From Phoronis australis (taxonomy: Eukaryota; Animalia; Phoronida), in assembly GCA_002633005.1 (NCBI GenBank), contig NMRA01000690.1, positions 130,365 to 194,364 of the forward strand: 64,000 nt of DNA, read 5' to 3'. A program made the position numbers and the translations under genes. Shown here piece by piece: positions 28,170-40,563 of this stretch; the stretch's first letter is position 1, and each line of letters begins with the position of its first letter. Below the pieces are notes generated by a model, which searched no databases, was not told the DNA's origin, and was given only the letters and a program-made list of their open reading frames with translations.

Positions 28170-31100
28170 CAATGTGCTGTTGTGTGGAGTTGATCAATTA
28201 CTGCATTAGCGATGTCTTCATGGCAGTATAACACTTGCTAAGGTGATTCTTGAGCTGTTACGCTTTTGAATTTAAATTCCTCGTAAAAAGTTAAGTTATG
28301 ATCATTTTCACTCAAAGAAACACGATAAAATTAGTCAAAATAGATGCTGTTAGGTTTCTGATCTCTGGTGCCTGTTGATGACTGTTTTTTTTGTCATTGG
28401 ACCATGGAAGATAACTGACCTGAGAGTCGTGTTGTCAGCCAAAAAATTGCGGGAACGCTTAACAATCGCCTAGACTGACATGTTGATTTAGCCTTCATTT
28501 ACATGTAGACACCCATGTCGTCTGGAGTTGAAACGAAACGGAGTTTTTTTTTGGTACTGCTTTGAACCAATAATGAACTGTCAGTTATTCCTGGGCCCTG
28601 AGTTGAATTCTGAACTAAGACCGGGATATGGTGTATTTGGCTTAAAACCAAGGTTCACTGCCGTCTTAAGCAATAGCGGGAGAATTAGATGTTGGGTGTC
28701 GCGGATTCTGACTTATTGCGTTAGTAGAGACGTCTTCCGACCACCTTGACTGAAAGGCCATACAACAGATAACAGAAGTAAATATTTCGAATTCTATCAT
28801 ATTCCAGAACGACACTACAAAGACATTTTTCCTCCCATGTCGACCACCACTCAAGTATGCATACGATTTAATTTCATTTGATATCTGAAAATATTTTTAA
28901 GATTCAAGTAGACTTTCTGTTACAACTTTGAGCCTGCACCGACAATTAAATATTTTGCCGGCGCCTACACATCTCAGAGAAGCGAGGGTTGGACGAGGGG
29001 ACACAAACAATCTTTCGTATAAGGGCGACCTTACCTACCGGCTTCTTCTGGGAGGAGATCTTTGTTTAATGAGAAATGGAAACTATCTCTCCCCTTCGGC
29101 GTTTGCCGTAAGATTAGGGAATGCGCGTGCGCAGATATAAAGCTTCAGACTCTTTCTCGCGTATCAATGCTTTCGTCAATTGTATTTTCTACAATAAACG
29201 TATAAAAATGCATTTGACTAGTAGATTGGGAAAATTACAACCGAATGGTACAATTACTAGGAGTGAAACAAGCGCTGTTTTGCATTTCGCCGTTCACAGT
29301 AATATTGAATTTTTGTATGTTTACAGTAGTGGTGAAAATTGCTTAAATTGTCAATACGTGTTGCGATAAAAATCAAGTGGCATGGGCTTCTGTATAGTGT
29401 TTTGCAACCTCCATTCCGAGCCATACGATATCAATAATACGTATGTCAACATGTACATGTACATGTACAAGGGGCTTATACACTGTATAAGCTGTGCTGT
29501 GTGTAGTGATGAAATCTGAGGAACTGACCACGTTACATCGTGTATTGTTACTTTTCACGCCGTTAAAACTGGCTCAATGTATCTGTCCTTTGCAAGTTTT
29601 AGGAAAATTGGCTACAGGTGTTTATTCAATGTTGGGTTATGTGGCAATTAACTTTGTACCTAATCAACGTTTTTCGTAACGGTTTGGTGATCTGGGCCCG
29701 CTCTCCAATCTCCGTACTCAGACTCGAATCATACTCAAACTCAAACTTCATACTCAACTCGAGTATAGACTCAGCTTTGGTGTATTCAATGCCATACTCG
29801 AAAAATCTGTTCTCGAAATTTCGAGCATGTACTCAATTTTCGCGTATACTCGAACTGAAGTGTATTTCATCTATATTTCGAGTAAGATTTTGAGTAAAAT
29901 TCCGAGTATATGCTCCAAATTTCAAGTTTGGTTTGGCAGTGTGCTTGAAATTGTACTCGAAAATAAATACGAGCGAGAGAACAAAATATCGAAAGGCCAT
30001 GCACCGACAGACACAGCAAATCTAAAAAATTAAGTCCTCAATTTCAGTTCAGAGATAATAATTTTCGTTTTAAATCTTCTTAATCTTCACCTTATTAACC
30101 CGCCGTATCAATGCATGTCATCGCCGCCAATTCATAAACTCTTTACTCTACGATTCCTGGCAACAGGCGCATTCTAATCCCTTGTCGGCGAGTCATTACA
30201 AGTGTCGAAAGCAGTTGTGGGAAAAGTCGTGTGAGAAGTTTGTGCTGTCGTGGCAGTAGGTGTGTCCACGGTTTGTAGGGTTTCCAAAAGACGAGGAGGC
30301 GAGGAAAGTTAAAGACAGTTTGCTTCCCTGCCAGGTGCATTTCCCGTCATAGTTTAGTCATCTATAATTCCTCAATCCCCGAATAGTATAGAACCAATTC
30401 ACGCCGACAGGAGGCGCGTTTCCGTCAAAACGAGGCTCGCTACGACAGCTCCTTTGGCTTATTGGCATATACCGGTTGTATTCCGCGTTGCTCGAAACGG
30501 CTAGAAAAACTACGGACACTCAACTGTCTGTTTTACAATCCCTAAAGTCGTTGAGATTCGGAAGCGTACGTTCGGTCCTTGCCATACGCCGCGACGAAGG
30601 AGAATATGCCCGTGTAAAATTCATAAATGTTTTCGAAAAGTTAGATCATATTTTGTCGCACCTCGGTTGCCGAGCATCATAGCAAGGACCGGAGAATTTT
30701 CGGCCAGCCATGCTGTGTTCATGACTATGGGTTGAAACATGATGCATTTTTCTTCCCAAAAAAGGACAGGGCCCTCAATTCCTCGATTTTGGGACCGGAT
30801 GCTGATCGGGAGGTAGATTTTGCCCCGCACTCGGCGAAAAAAGGTACAGGCACCTTTCCCCTTGGATGAACGAGGCCCCTGAAGAAAAATGGTAACTTTT
30901 CTTACTAACTGATATTGAGCTCTAAAACGAGGTTATGCTTTGGACGAACGAATTAGGTGTTTTGAGTTTAAAATTCACTGGTCCAAATTGATAGTTGAAA
31001 CCTAACATATGAAATAGACGTCAGAATTATTAAAACCAGGATAGCATAATTGATGGTCAAATAATTACTTCAGACTTGTAAATGTGTGCAAGGGAATGAA

Positions 31101-31760
31101 TGAGAACCTGCATATAATGCGAAAGCGATTGCTCGGGCTGTGCTAGTTTTTGATTTTTTTTCAATTTGAGGTTAATTATTGACAAATTTTTAAGAGTTAA
31201 TATCCAGGTAGGACTCTAAAGACCATCCATTTAACTCACGCAATGTCAACTTCAGCTTTGTTTATCGCAGTGAGCCTCGCTTTGGATTTTAATGTCCGCC
31301 GCGTGAATAACGTCTATTCCAGATTTTGTTTGCTGATTTCTAAGTGGACGTCTCTTCCCGTTCACTGGTGAACTCTGAATGCCTGCACATGTATTGTTTT
31401 TTACCTCACGTGCCAAATGTCAACTAACTTGATACATCCCGGTAAAATACAAAGATACAGTATCAAAGTTTTGACATCAGCGTAGGCCTACACAGCAATG
31501 GGTAGCAAGAGAGAACAGGGGTTCTTTGACATGATAAGCTGTTACAAATTTCTTAAAATATTTTCGGGAGATGATGAACTCAAGAAGTAAAGCTTAAATT
31601 GTTAAGTGTATCAAAGAAATGGTATAAGAATATTGTACTGAAACTGAAAAAAAAATGAATAACAGTTACAGAAGACTCAGAATTCCACATTATAGGCCTA
31701 CTCTGGTAGTTGTAGCGACAGCAGACGATAATGTAGTTGCTGGGGTGGTCTATGCCAATA

Positions 31761-32368
31761 GCAGAATGGTGAATGTTGGCCAATTCCCCTTTTGTCCACT
31801 GACGTCACAAGCATACTGGCGCCCCCAGTGGAGGCCCTGAGAACTCGTAAACAAGCATGCTGGCGACTGTGGTTAAAGTGTTTTTTATGATTTTTCCAGA
31901 GTCGCTATGTTTTAGTGTGTTTTTTAAATAATGTTGCATGTCATACCTCTCAGAAAATTAATATTGTTCCAATAAATTAAGAAAATTGGAATATTCATTC
32001 TCGCGATCCTGCAACACCATCCAAATGTTCTTCTGTGTTACACACGGCAAAGCCAAAGTTTTATTCTCACGCGAAATAGCCTCGTATACGCTCGACTAAA
32101 AAGGAATCTTTCAATCATATTTAATTGATACTATATACCATTCATTATTATATACCATGCATTATGTTTTTAGAAAAAAAAACGATACTCAACGCCCCAC
32201 AATAAACATAAGTCCGTTCGCCAGCTTGGCTCCGCCGTTGCTAGGCTGGATACTACCGGGTTCACGAACTCAGTTTATTTACGAGTTTTCAGGGCCTCCA
32301 CTGGGGGCGCCAGTATGCTTGTGACGTCAGTGGACAAAAGGGGAATTGGTCAACATTCACCATTCTGC
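31761..32368. mobile_element. Mutator-like MITE, ~90-bp TIRs, perfect 9-bp TSD
   Basis: ATGCCAATA|GCAGAATGGTGAATGTTG... ...CAACATTCACCATTCTGC|ATGCCAATA. TIRs are nearly identical over about 90 bp (2 mismatches seen). Confidence 0.88.
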
Positions 32369-32444
32369 ATGCCAATAGGGAGCAATGAATCAGCGCGACT
32401 TTATGTGGTTTTGCATTTCACATCATAAAGAGTTCCATAGCAAC

Positions 32445-33025
32445 CTCGCTGGTTCCCCGCGTGCTTAGCCCAGCCAGCACGCAGGTATCACGCAGTGGCA
32501 CGCGCTTTAGCATTGGTCGATGTAACCTCGGCAGTCATTGGTTAGCTTTACAACAACGTGAAAAAATGGCGGGCTGTGAACAATTTTTAGCCTTGTCATG
32601 CAAGTGGCGTCGCAGAAACTATTTCGTTTCTGCAGTGATGTTTAATAGCCGCGTGCTTGAAGCACATACATGTACAATAAACACATATCTGGCCGATTTA
32701 ACCGGTGGGTTATTCATACTGTATGAATACAGGACACTATCGTAAACAAAAGTCATCGACAGCAGAAAGATGCATCCCGAAAAGGCGCAATTACAATTGC
32801 TAGGCTTCACATTTCCTGAACATAAATTTTAAGCACCAGATTTGACCCCATTTACACTTCAGTCCATCAGTCATACCAATTTGTTTGCGTAAAGCGCTGC
32901 CTGTTGAGAATTTGACTAGCCAATCAGAAACGTCGGTGTAAAAAAATTTACCGAGGAAAATTAAGTGATACCTGCGTGCTGGCGCGGCTACCGCCCCACC
33001 TACCGGCACGCAGGGAACCAGCGAG
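32445..33025. mobile_element. MITE with CTCGCTGGTTCCC TIRs and perfect 9-bp TSD
   Basis: CATAGCAAC|CTCGCTGGTTCCCCGCGTG ... CACGCAGGGAACCAGCGAG|CATAGCAAC. Highly similar second copy at 44185-44818. Confidence 0.88.
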
Positions 33026-36000
33026 CATAGCAACTCGAGTATGAGTGTCAGATTTGAGTACGTTTGGAGTCTACTCGAAATGCGACATTAGATACGCTTT
33101 TTTGAGTACGACTCCAGTGAGCACGATTTTGAGTATGAAATATCCAGTATGAGTAGGAGTCTGAGTACGGAGATTGGAGACCGGACCCTGGTTTAACTAA
33201 AACTGCGTGACGAGAATGCTGTAAGGTTATCCTGATAATGTTCCGTGAAACCTGGGCAAGTCTTTTTCGACGTTTCCTATTTTGTTTCGCCTTTTGTAAC
33301 AAGTTCTTTGTGGGATAGGCTTACTTAAAAATAACAAGCACTGTAGTTTGTCAAAACTTATGGTTATCGTGAAAGAATTGGACATTTTGCTAAACGTTGA
33401 CTGTGACGCGTCTCAAGGACACGAGTATTGATGTCGCTGAGTGCAATTGTTGTTGATTAGCAACAAATTCATTTACTAATGAGTCATTAACTAATTACAA
33501 GTCAAATGTACTTGACAACTGGTATCCTTTTTTCAGCGGAAGAGACACCTGTTTCTCAGTCTGATTGTTTTTATTCGGTTCGTCTGGTCTCTCGGACAAT
33601 TTAGTTTCAATGGTCACTCTAATCGCCGGACAAAAGCCATTAGTATCACAATGAAGCCATTGTAATTTAAGATTATGTGAGACCTGACCAGTCTGCGTAT
33701 TTATCCAAATATCTACTAAACTATAGATTTTATCTCGGTGAAGGCATATATTTTCTGAAATTGAAAGTCTGTAGAATATGATTTTTGTTATCATATCTTA
33801 TTAGTAAAATTTAGCGAAAAGGAGTAACGGAACGTGTACATTGGTAGCCAAAACAACCGTGTCAACAACAAGACCAAGGTTTATTTGATATAAATGTCCA
33901 ATGTGAGATCTCGAAATCGCTGTTGCAGTTTTTTTAAATATCATTTTATCGGTTCATGAAAGTCGTAAAAGTCCTATTACTGATAGCCTTCCATACAAAG
34001 ATGGAACATTTGTAAACACTCTTCCTAACAGCGTTTTGACGACACTGCGTAAAGCACAGCATCTGATAGTTTTGCATGAATTTGAAGTTAACAAATTTGG
34101 AATTTTTCTAAGGCTCCTACATAACTTTGAACCCATTGTTTAATACACTACAGTAGGCAACTAACAATAAAGAAAACGAGCTCAGTCCTTTCAAATTGAT
34201 TTTTGTTAATTATCATGATTTCGGTCCTTTCCTTTCGTTCATTCAGAAGGTGCGTACACCTCTTCTGTTTCTCCCCGTAAGTATACGATGTACTGGCTAT
34301 CTCAGTTCCTCCTTCCATCGAACGGAGAAAGAACACAGACGATCGTATACACTGGATGCGCGTTTGACCGATCTTGCACTATTTTTGCCGTACAGTTCCG
34401 ACTTTCGTCTATTGCGATAGGCCTAGGTCAGAAAATTGTTGGATGAAAGTTTACCTTTCGGTTTGTATCGACACTGGTTGCCGATACATAGAGGTTCTAG
34501 TAACAGAGGACGCAAAATATTGTCATAACTGAACAATTTGGCGGAAGGTTTCGTTTCTACCTAACCTGTTCACTATACGGCGGAAAGTTAAGGTACAATT
34601 TGGTCACGATTTCAGTATTCATCAGTTTGTATTTTTCCTTCAAGAAGTTGTATTCGTGGTTACAACTGGAATATGTTCAGTTGAGAGAACTGGTGTGGAA
34701 ATGATAACACAAGATCAAAATGGTGTCCTCACCGAATCTAGTTGTCGACGTGAAACTGTGGAACCAAAATTTATTGAGTTCTTGCGGCTAAAACAACATA
34801 CAGAGTCTATTTGCAATCACATAGATACAAGTCACTGCTAAATATGGTTGTGTGTGATTCAGACAACTGGATTTCGAAAGGACCGCTAGACTACATCCAG
34901 GTGTAAATGCTACATGCATATGGTATTAGCAAACTAGCAGTTTTCTATTCAATTTACTATTTGGTTCCAGGAAAAGAGACACGTGATCAAAGCAAATATA
35001 CTTGATGATTTTACACGAAAATGAACCGCACCTACTGAGCAAGAGCCCTTGGGAACTGACCATTCTCTTGACTCGGTTTTGCATTAGCGTTCCATATTCG
35101 CCGTGTTTGTCCATGTAAAAACCATATAAATTGTCATTTCGCAGTCTGAAATCTTTCCAGTGACATGAGCCATCAAAGTGAGCAAACAGATAATATGTAT
35201 TTCAAATTGTTCTGTGCAAGCCGGGCAGTGACTGAATAAATTTTCCTGCATTTGTAACACTTCTTTTGAATTATGCACGCCATCCATTATCGCAGATTAG
35301 CTATTAATGACATGGACATTCGATAAACAATTTATCACTCGCCAGGCGTCTGCAGTTTGTTTTATCAAACTTCAATAAATATATCCAATATACGTGCTGT
35401 GAAATCCCGTTAACTACAATCTGAATCGCAAAAATGTTCACTTGCTTTAATATATACTGATTAATTTAACAAACACGGAATGATTATGTTTTGTTTATAT
35501 TATTATTGGTTGTAAATACCAAGCTCATTTTTTGATGAAATATTCCTTAGTTGATTACATATAATTGAGTAGAAAAATGGCCTACCGTGCATCTCTCCCC
35601 CCCCCCCGAACATCAATTTCTAAATTACCTCTTTGCGAAGTAATCTAGGTGGAGAAATGAAAACTGATGTTAACAATCCGAAAAAAATGTCTCGCGTATG
35701 TTTTTATGCAAATTAGTGCCGCCATTGCTGATTTTTCGTTATTTTACAAAGTTATCATGTCCATATACGAAAATTGCTCCACTGAAGTATTAGCCAATCA
35801 AACATGACCAAGAGGAGTATTGCTCTCGAAAATACAAAAGCCGTCGCTTAGTGGTTCAAATTCGGCGTGCAATAAAGTCATCTTTGATTTACGTATCTGC
35901 ATGGTTTTACGCTCAAGAAAAATAAAGAGGGTCGGAGTTGGCTGAAAATTCTTCGTTTAAGTTGGACTTTGTACGTGTACCAATGTACGCTGTAGCGTCA

Positions 36001-37058
36001 TATGGAAATTGATGAATATTGAATTGAATGAGCTTGGTAAATACTGCCAAAAACTATTTTCAGCTGCATAGTCTCGAACTCAGATACTATTAGCATGAGA
36101 GTCTGGTGTACAGGTGGTTATTAGGTTAGATTTTTACCATGTCATGCTACTGTATCTGATTTGAAAATGTATTTCAACATTTCAAGTTCTCTCTTATTTC
36201 TATTATTTTCTGCAATATTTAAGAGACAAATATTTATTCAATTGATGTTCAATGATTTAATTTCGGTGGCATTCACGTGGGATTGCTGTCGTTTCTTCAA
36301 ATGCAATGTAGGGAGGTTATTGGGTCGTAGACATCCGATGTTATCACATATAACCCGTGGACGTGTAACCCGACTCATAATTTGCGTTTCAGGCTGTGCG
36401 ATTTGACTTCAAGGTCACCGAAAATCTTTCGCGCAAAAGACCATCAAATCTACATATTTATGCGACGCCATTTCGAGGCTCGCTTTGTATTTTTTATCTT
36501 TGCGTGCTGAATGCTTTGTCGTACTCGCATGAAGTTTATGTTGCAGCAGACCAGTGTTTTCAATTCCGGTGCACGCAAATGACAAGTGATGTTTTCCGCC
36601 GTATTATTTTCACGTCACCAAGTTGTCTATGATGACATCGGGTGTCTGGGTTAGAGACTACATAGGGCCGCAAGTAGGCGGCGAGAACGATATTGTCAAC
36701 AATGCAATCCACTTACTTCGTATGGCCGACTCTAGCGTGTATTATCTTACTAACGCCTGGTTATAGGTATACCCACATCTAAGCACATGCAGTATTTTCA
36801 GACGAAGGAAGATTGACATTACCTTGAAAATCGGGCGTCATTGTTAAGTGATCGGATCGTTTCTGCTTTTGTTGATTATGTTTCAATCTTTCTACCTCCA
36901 TTGCTCTTAAAATTTCTCTTTGTCGAAACATTTTGAACAGACTCACTACAACATGTTGCTCGACAGTTGGATGGTGTTGAAAAGAATTGCCAACGAGCCG
37001 GTCTGGCCACGAAGGAGACCGGCCTCCTGCTCACGAGGCTTTGTGTCATCTATAACAA

Positions 37059-37071
37059 CGCCATCTAGTGA
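37059..37071 (-). promoter_or_regulatory. CTCF-like motif
   Basis: Minus strand reads TCACTAGATGGCG, one mismatch from CCACTAGATGGCG. Confidence 0.35.
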
Positions 37072-37462
37072 GCAGGAGACGAGCCCTGTGCCGTGAAAGG
37101 AAAATGAACGACTCACACTGAGAAATCCGTGCGTGTCCCACCAAAACTGACTCCATGATCAACCAGAGTTTCTGGGAATCTGGTCATTGAATGGTTTTGT
37201 TCACTCAGATCATCATTCAAGTAGAACTGTAAATTACCGTACTTAGTTATTGGAATTTGTTACATTTTGACACTGAACATTAGAATAAATTAAGTTGTAA
37301 AGGCTTGTGATGCCAAGCTACATCCAACCAGATGAACCAAGCCTCAAATCAGCTCGTCTTGATAACTGTATTATTTTAAACTTTCAGATCAGTGCATTGG
37401 CTTAGACCTCATCCACGCCTGCTCAAATCAACAAGAAATTGACTAACCGAAATGAACGAAAA

Positions 37463-37864
37463 ATGACGCACATCCACTTCCGGCTTGAGGGATTCAAAAA
37501 CTACACTCTGACAGGCGCGCTCATTCACGTGAATTCAACTGATGCGCCAACTGACGATGTGGGACCAGTCTACTACGTTTTTGCCGTAATCTTTATCTAC
37601 AGCATGTCTATTGTTCTAATGATTGCCTCCACAGTGAGGCGGTCTTACGTGGACCGTCATATTGCTTCGTACTTGAAAGAAATTGATCACGTGAGAGAGA
37701 TGACGCATAAAAATCCAAATTGGCCTGGTCGCGTTGACTTAACTGCATTGAAGCCTGTAATGTCAAAAACGTCTTTTATAAGTGAGACAAACAATGAAAA
37801 CGTCTTTGCTGAAGATGAACCGTCAGGCGGTCCAACCGAACTGTTAATAATTAATGAATCGTGA
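37463..37864 (+). CDS. 133-aa single-pass (type III, N-out) membrane protein with KCNE/MinK-like architecture; uncharacterised
   Basis: ATG in AAAATGA context, 75 nt after a strong acceptor (ttattttaaactttcag| at 37387). No signal peptide; sequons N13-Y-T and N24-S-T; hydrophobic segment V36-V58 (VYYVFAVIFIYSMSIVLMIASTV) followed by RR; acidic, disordered tail. Confidence 0.78.
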   Translation: MTHIHFRLEGFKNYTLTGALIHVNSTDAPTDDVGPVYYVFAVIFIYSMSIVLMIASTVRRSYVDRHIASYLKEIDHVREMTHKNPNWPGRVDLTALKPVMSKTSFISETNNENVFAEDEPSGGPTELLIINES

Positions 37865-38176
37865 CTGCAGTGACGTAGTCCGACCACGAGCTTACAAGAT
37901 GTACAGCTTCAGTTATCACTTTCCAGGAAACCGCAACATCAGAATCGTGCGTGTACAATACAGGCAGATCACTTGGCAAATGAGCAAATTTATAGAGCCC
38001 CTACGGACAGGACCACAAGATAACAAAAACGCCGTAGCATACTGAATTCGAAAGTTGTGGATACCTGCACGACATCATAGATCCTCCAGTGTAATCGGTT
38101 GCTCCGCAGAAGTCGCACTTTTACTCGAACCCGTGTGCGCTTACTTTGGCTTGATGTCTGTCGTAAATATGTCCAG

Positions 38177-38421
38177 GGGTGATGCATTCCGTAGACGCAA
38201 AATACTCCTGATGAGCTTGCAGGAAAAAATGTTCGCTTATGGAACGGAAGTGGTGAATGTGTTCCATAATTCGACATTCTAACTCAACCAACCAATCGCT
38301 TTAGTTGCCGCCTTGCTTGAGTACCCCAGTAAGGTCCCGATCATAGTTGTGAAACACTGTATGTCTTTCACTTGAGTGATTTTGCGTTTTTCCGAGTTTC
38401 TCCCGTCTACGGATCGCACCC
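38177..38421. mobile_element. Harbinger-like MITE with CAG TSD
   Basis: CAG|GGGTGATGCATTCCGTAGACG ... CGTCTACGGATCGCACCC|CAG. Internal TTCGCTTATGGAACGG is shared with the 48930 copy. Confidence 0.7.
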
Positions 38422-40563
38422 CAGATCTGAACCAGAAAAATATTTAATTTTAATTCTGTTACTTTCGCATATTGAATCATGGATACACACTTTCGATTCA
38501 ATTTCTCGTTGTTGCAGCAGCTGCAAGTCGCCATGGTCAACAATGGTTATCCAAAAGGGATTCCTCAACTTCAAACTAATGCACCCAAGAATCTCGTGCC
38601 TGAAGCTAGTGTAGTCGAGTGCTCTGGAAGAAATGTATGGCGATATCTTGCGATGTCCTACGACATCTTGCGTTTTCGCTACAATGCTCCCACGAAACGA
38701 ATATTAATGTTTGGTGTCAACTTCGCCCAGATAGCCAACGAACAGGTAGTTTTATCAACGTTGGTCGGTGTCACTCTTTATGCGACACTACGTAAATGCG
38801 TCTGATTTTTATATAGCAATCCGATTCCATGGCGAACAGGGCTACGTCAACCTGAATAGAAAGTGAGAATTATGAATATGTGGTTCGGTGACAAGTTGTG
38901 CGTGTTCCACACACCGAAAATGCCGCCAATATACAGTCTGCGATTTTTCATCAAAGGGGCGGTTTTGTGTGCCAAGAGTGGACTGGGGAGGTTATTGTTG
39001 AATGTGGTGCACTTCTTGAATTTATTAGCTTTTGACCAGATCCATGAAACAATAAAATACGTTATTTTTTGTGATTTCATTACAAATCGCCGATTTTCGC
39101 CGCTACATGTATCTGCCAAACATTCGCAGAAATCACGTCTGGTCTCTTTACCATTTAAATGCCGTTATTCACCTCGTGGGATTTGGCTCAGACGCGGATC
39201 GTTCGGCTGATTGGTTCGATTCCTAGTTTCTTCTAGTTTCTGTGAAATTGCTTCTCTCGTCCAGAACGCATTTGTCCAAAGTGAAGATTTGTGAGGAAAA
39301 TGACAGTCATTAATGGGACAAAATCAATGCAATTAGGCCAATTTGTCGTCATGACATGTTAGAATATTTAATCACCCCTGTTCCAAATATATCAGCTGCT
39401 CCAAACCTGGCTATCCACGGCACAAGCTAACACAACATTGTGAGTCGATATTTAGTGCAGTTTGTCCGCTAAGTCATTGCGCATGTCTACACTTAGTGAG
39501 AAACCATGAGAGACGAAATGAACGTCTAACGCTTATTAACGTTGTTTTGCTTCGTTTTCGATTTGGCATTATACTGAGAACAACCTCTGTAAATAAAGAT
39601 GTCGGGCATTTCACTGGTATATTGTTATTCCACTACACTGGAAACAATGAGACATAACTATTTTCAATAAATAACTTATCGTTTAATACAATCTGTTTTC
39701 ATTCACATATATGACGCACTTGGAGGACCTATTTACCGTAATTCAGTATGAACACATTTTTTATCAAAATAAACAAAGACAATTTTCTTTTAATTGGACA
39801 TTTGCATTTTAGATGCTGCAAAGAACTTTTCAGTCAATTGACGAAATCGAGAATAATACAAGACGCTAAAACAAGTCACATTTAAATTGACTTTGCACGA
39901 TGCAGATGAATTATAATGCTGCAAATATTACGTCAGCTTATTACTGCTATCTCGGAAAACGATAGCTTTAGATAGTAGTGTATGCATCGTGTCGGGTAAG
40001 TCAACAGATTTGAGGGAGGCCAAAGTCAAAAAGAAACATTTAAGGTTGAACAGTACAGGACATTTTTCGTGTGCTTTGAAATACAAAAAACAGTCGCCCG
40101 TAAGGTTAAGTTTCGTATGCACCAGCAGGGAGAACTTCCCCGATTTGGTGTCCCGTTTCCAAACTCAGAGCACGACGACGTCAAAACCCACGTATCTGAT
40201 AGTTGCAAACTCAGATCAATCCGTCGACGCACAAGCGTCAAGCTCAGGCTGTAGTATTCTATCAACTAAGCGCGAAACACGTGTCCACGTACTTGAGACA
40301 ATCAAAGTTCAACATAATGGCCATTGCCCAAAATGCACTTAACAAATACGAAAACTTTCGAAAATCCAACATTTATACAGGTACAAACCACAGAGGGAAC
40401 GTTTTTGACAATTGATTTTGTCACAAAAATATGACACTCGAACAACGTTATTCTCTGTGACCCTGATGAGTATTAAACACACAGCACCATCTCAAAGAAA
40501 AGGTTCGTCCGTGGACTGATAGCAGTGAAGGTGTTCAACTTCCGCTAATTTTACTGCCACTGA

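Larger units (their letters stand above)
29695..33187. mobile_element. 3.5-kb non-autonomous PIF/Harbinger-like element hosting two nested MITEs
   Basis: CTG|GGCCCGCTCTCCAATCTCCGTACTCAGACTC ... GAGTCTGAGTACGGAGATTGGAGACCGGACC|CTG. TIR of about 31 bp with 2 mismatches, 3-bp CWG TSD, and subterminal ACTC/GAGT-rich repeats at both ends. Confidence 0.75.

Noticed and set aside
29700-29970. Short recurring ACTCGA/ACTCAA motifs that look array-like
   Set aside because: Irregular spacing; these are subterminal repeats of the Harbinger-like element, not a CRISPR-like array.
30143-30880. Possible transposon protein remnant (LECACCQE; CIMFQPIVMN) resembling Cys-rich Kolobok/P2X7-tail domains
   Set aside because: Needs several frameshifts and the motifs are in the wrong order.
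32298-32313. CCACTGGGGGCGCCAG in MITE TIRs as a CTCF site
   Set aside because: Lacks the conserved A of the core (one base short), so it is a poor match.
38208-38230. CTGATGAG...GAAA hammerhead-like core
   Set aside because: Stem II cannot close (G-G) and no stems I/III are present; it lies inside a MITE.
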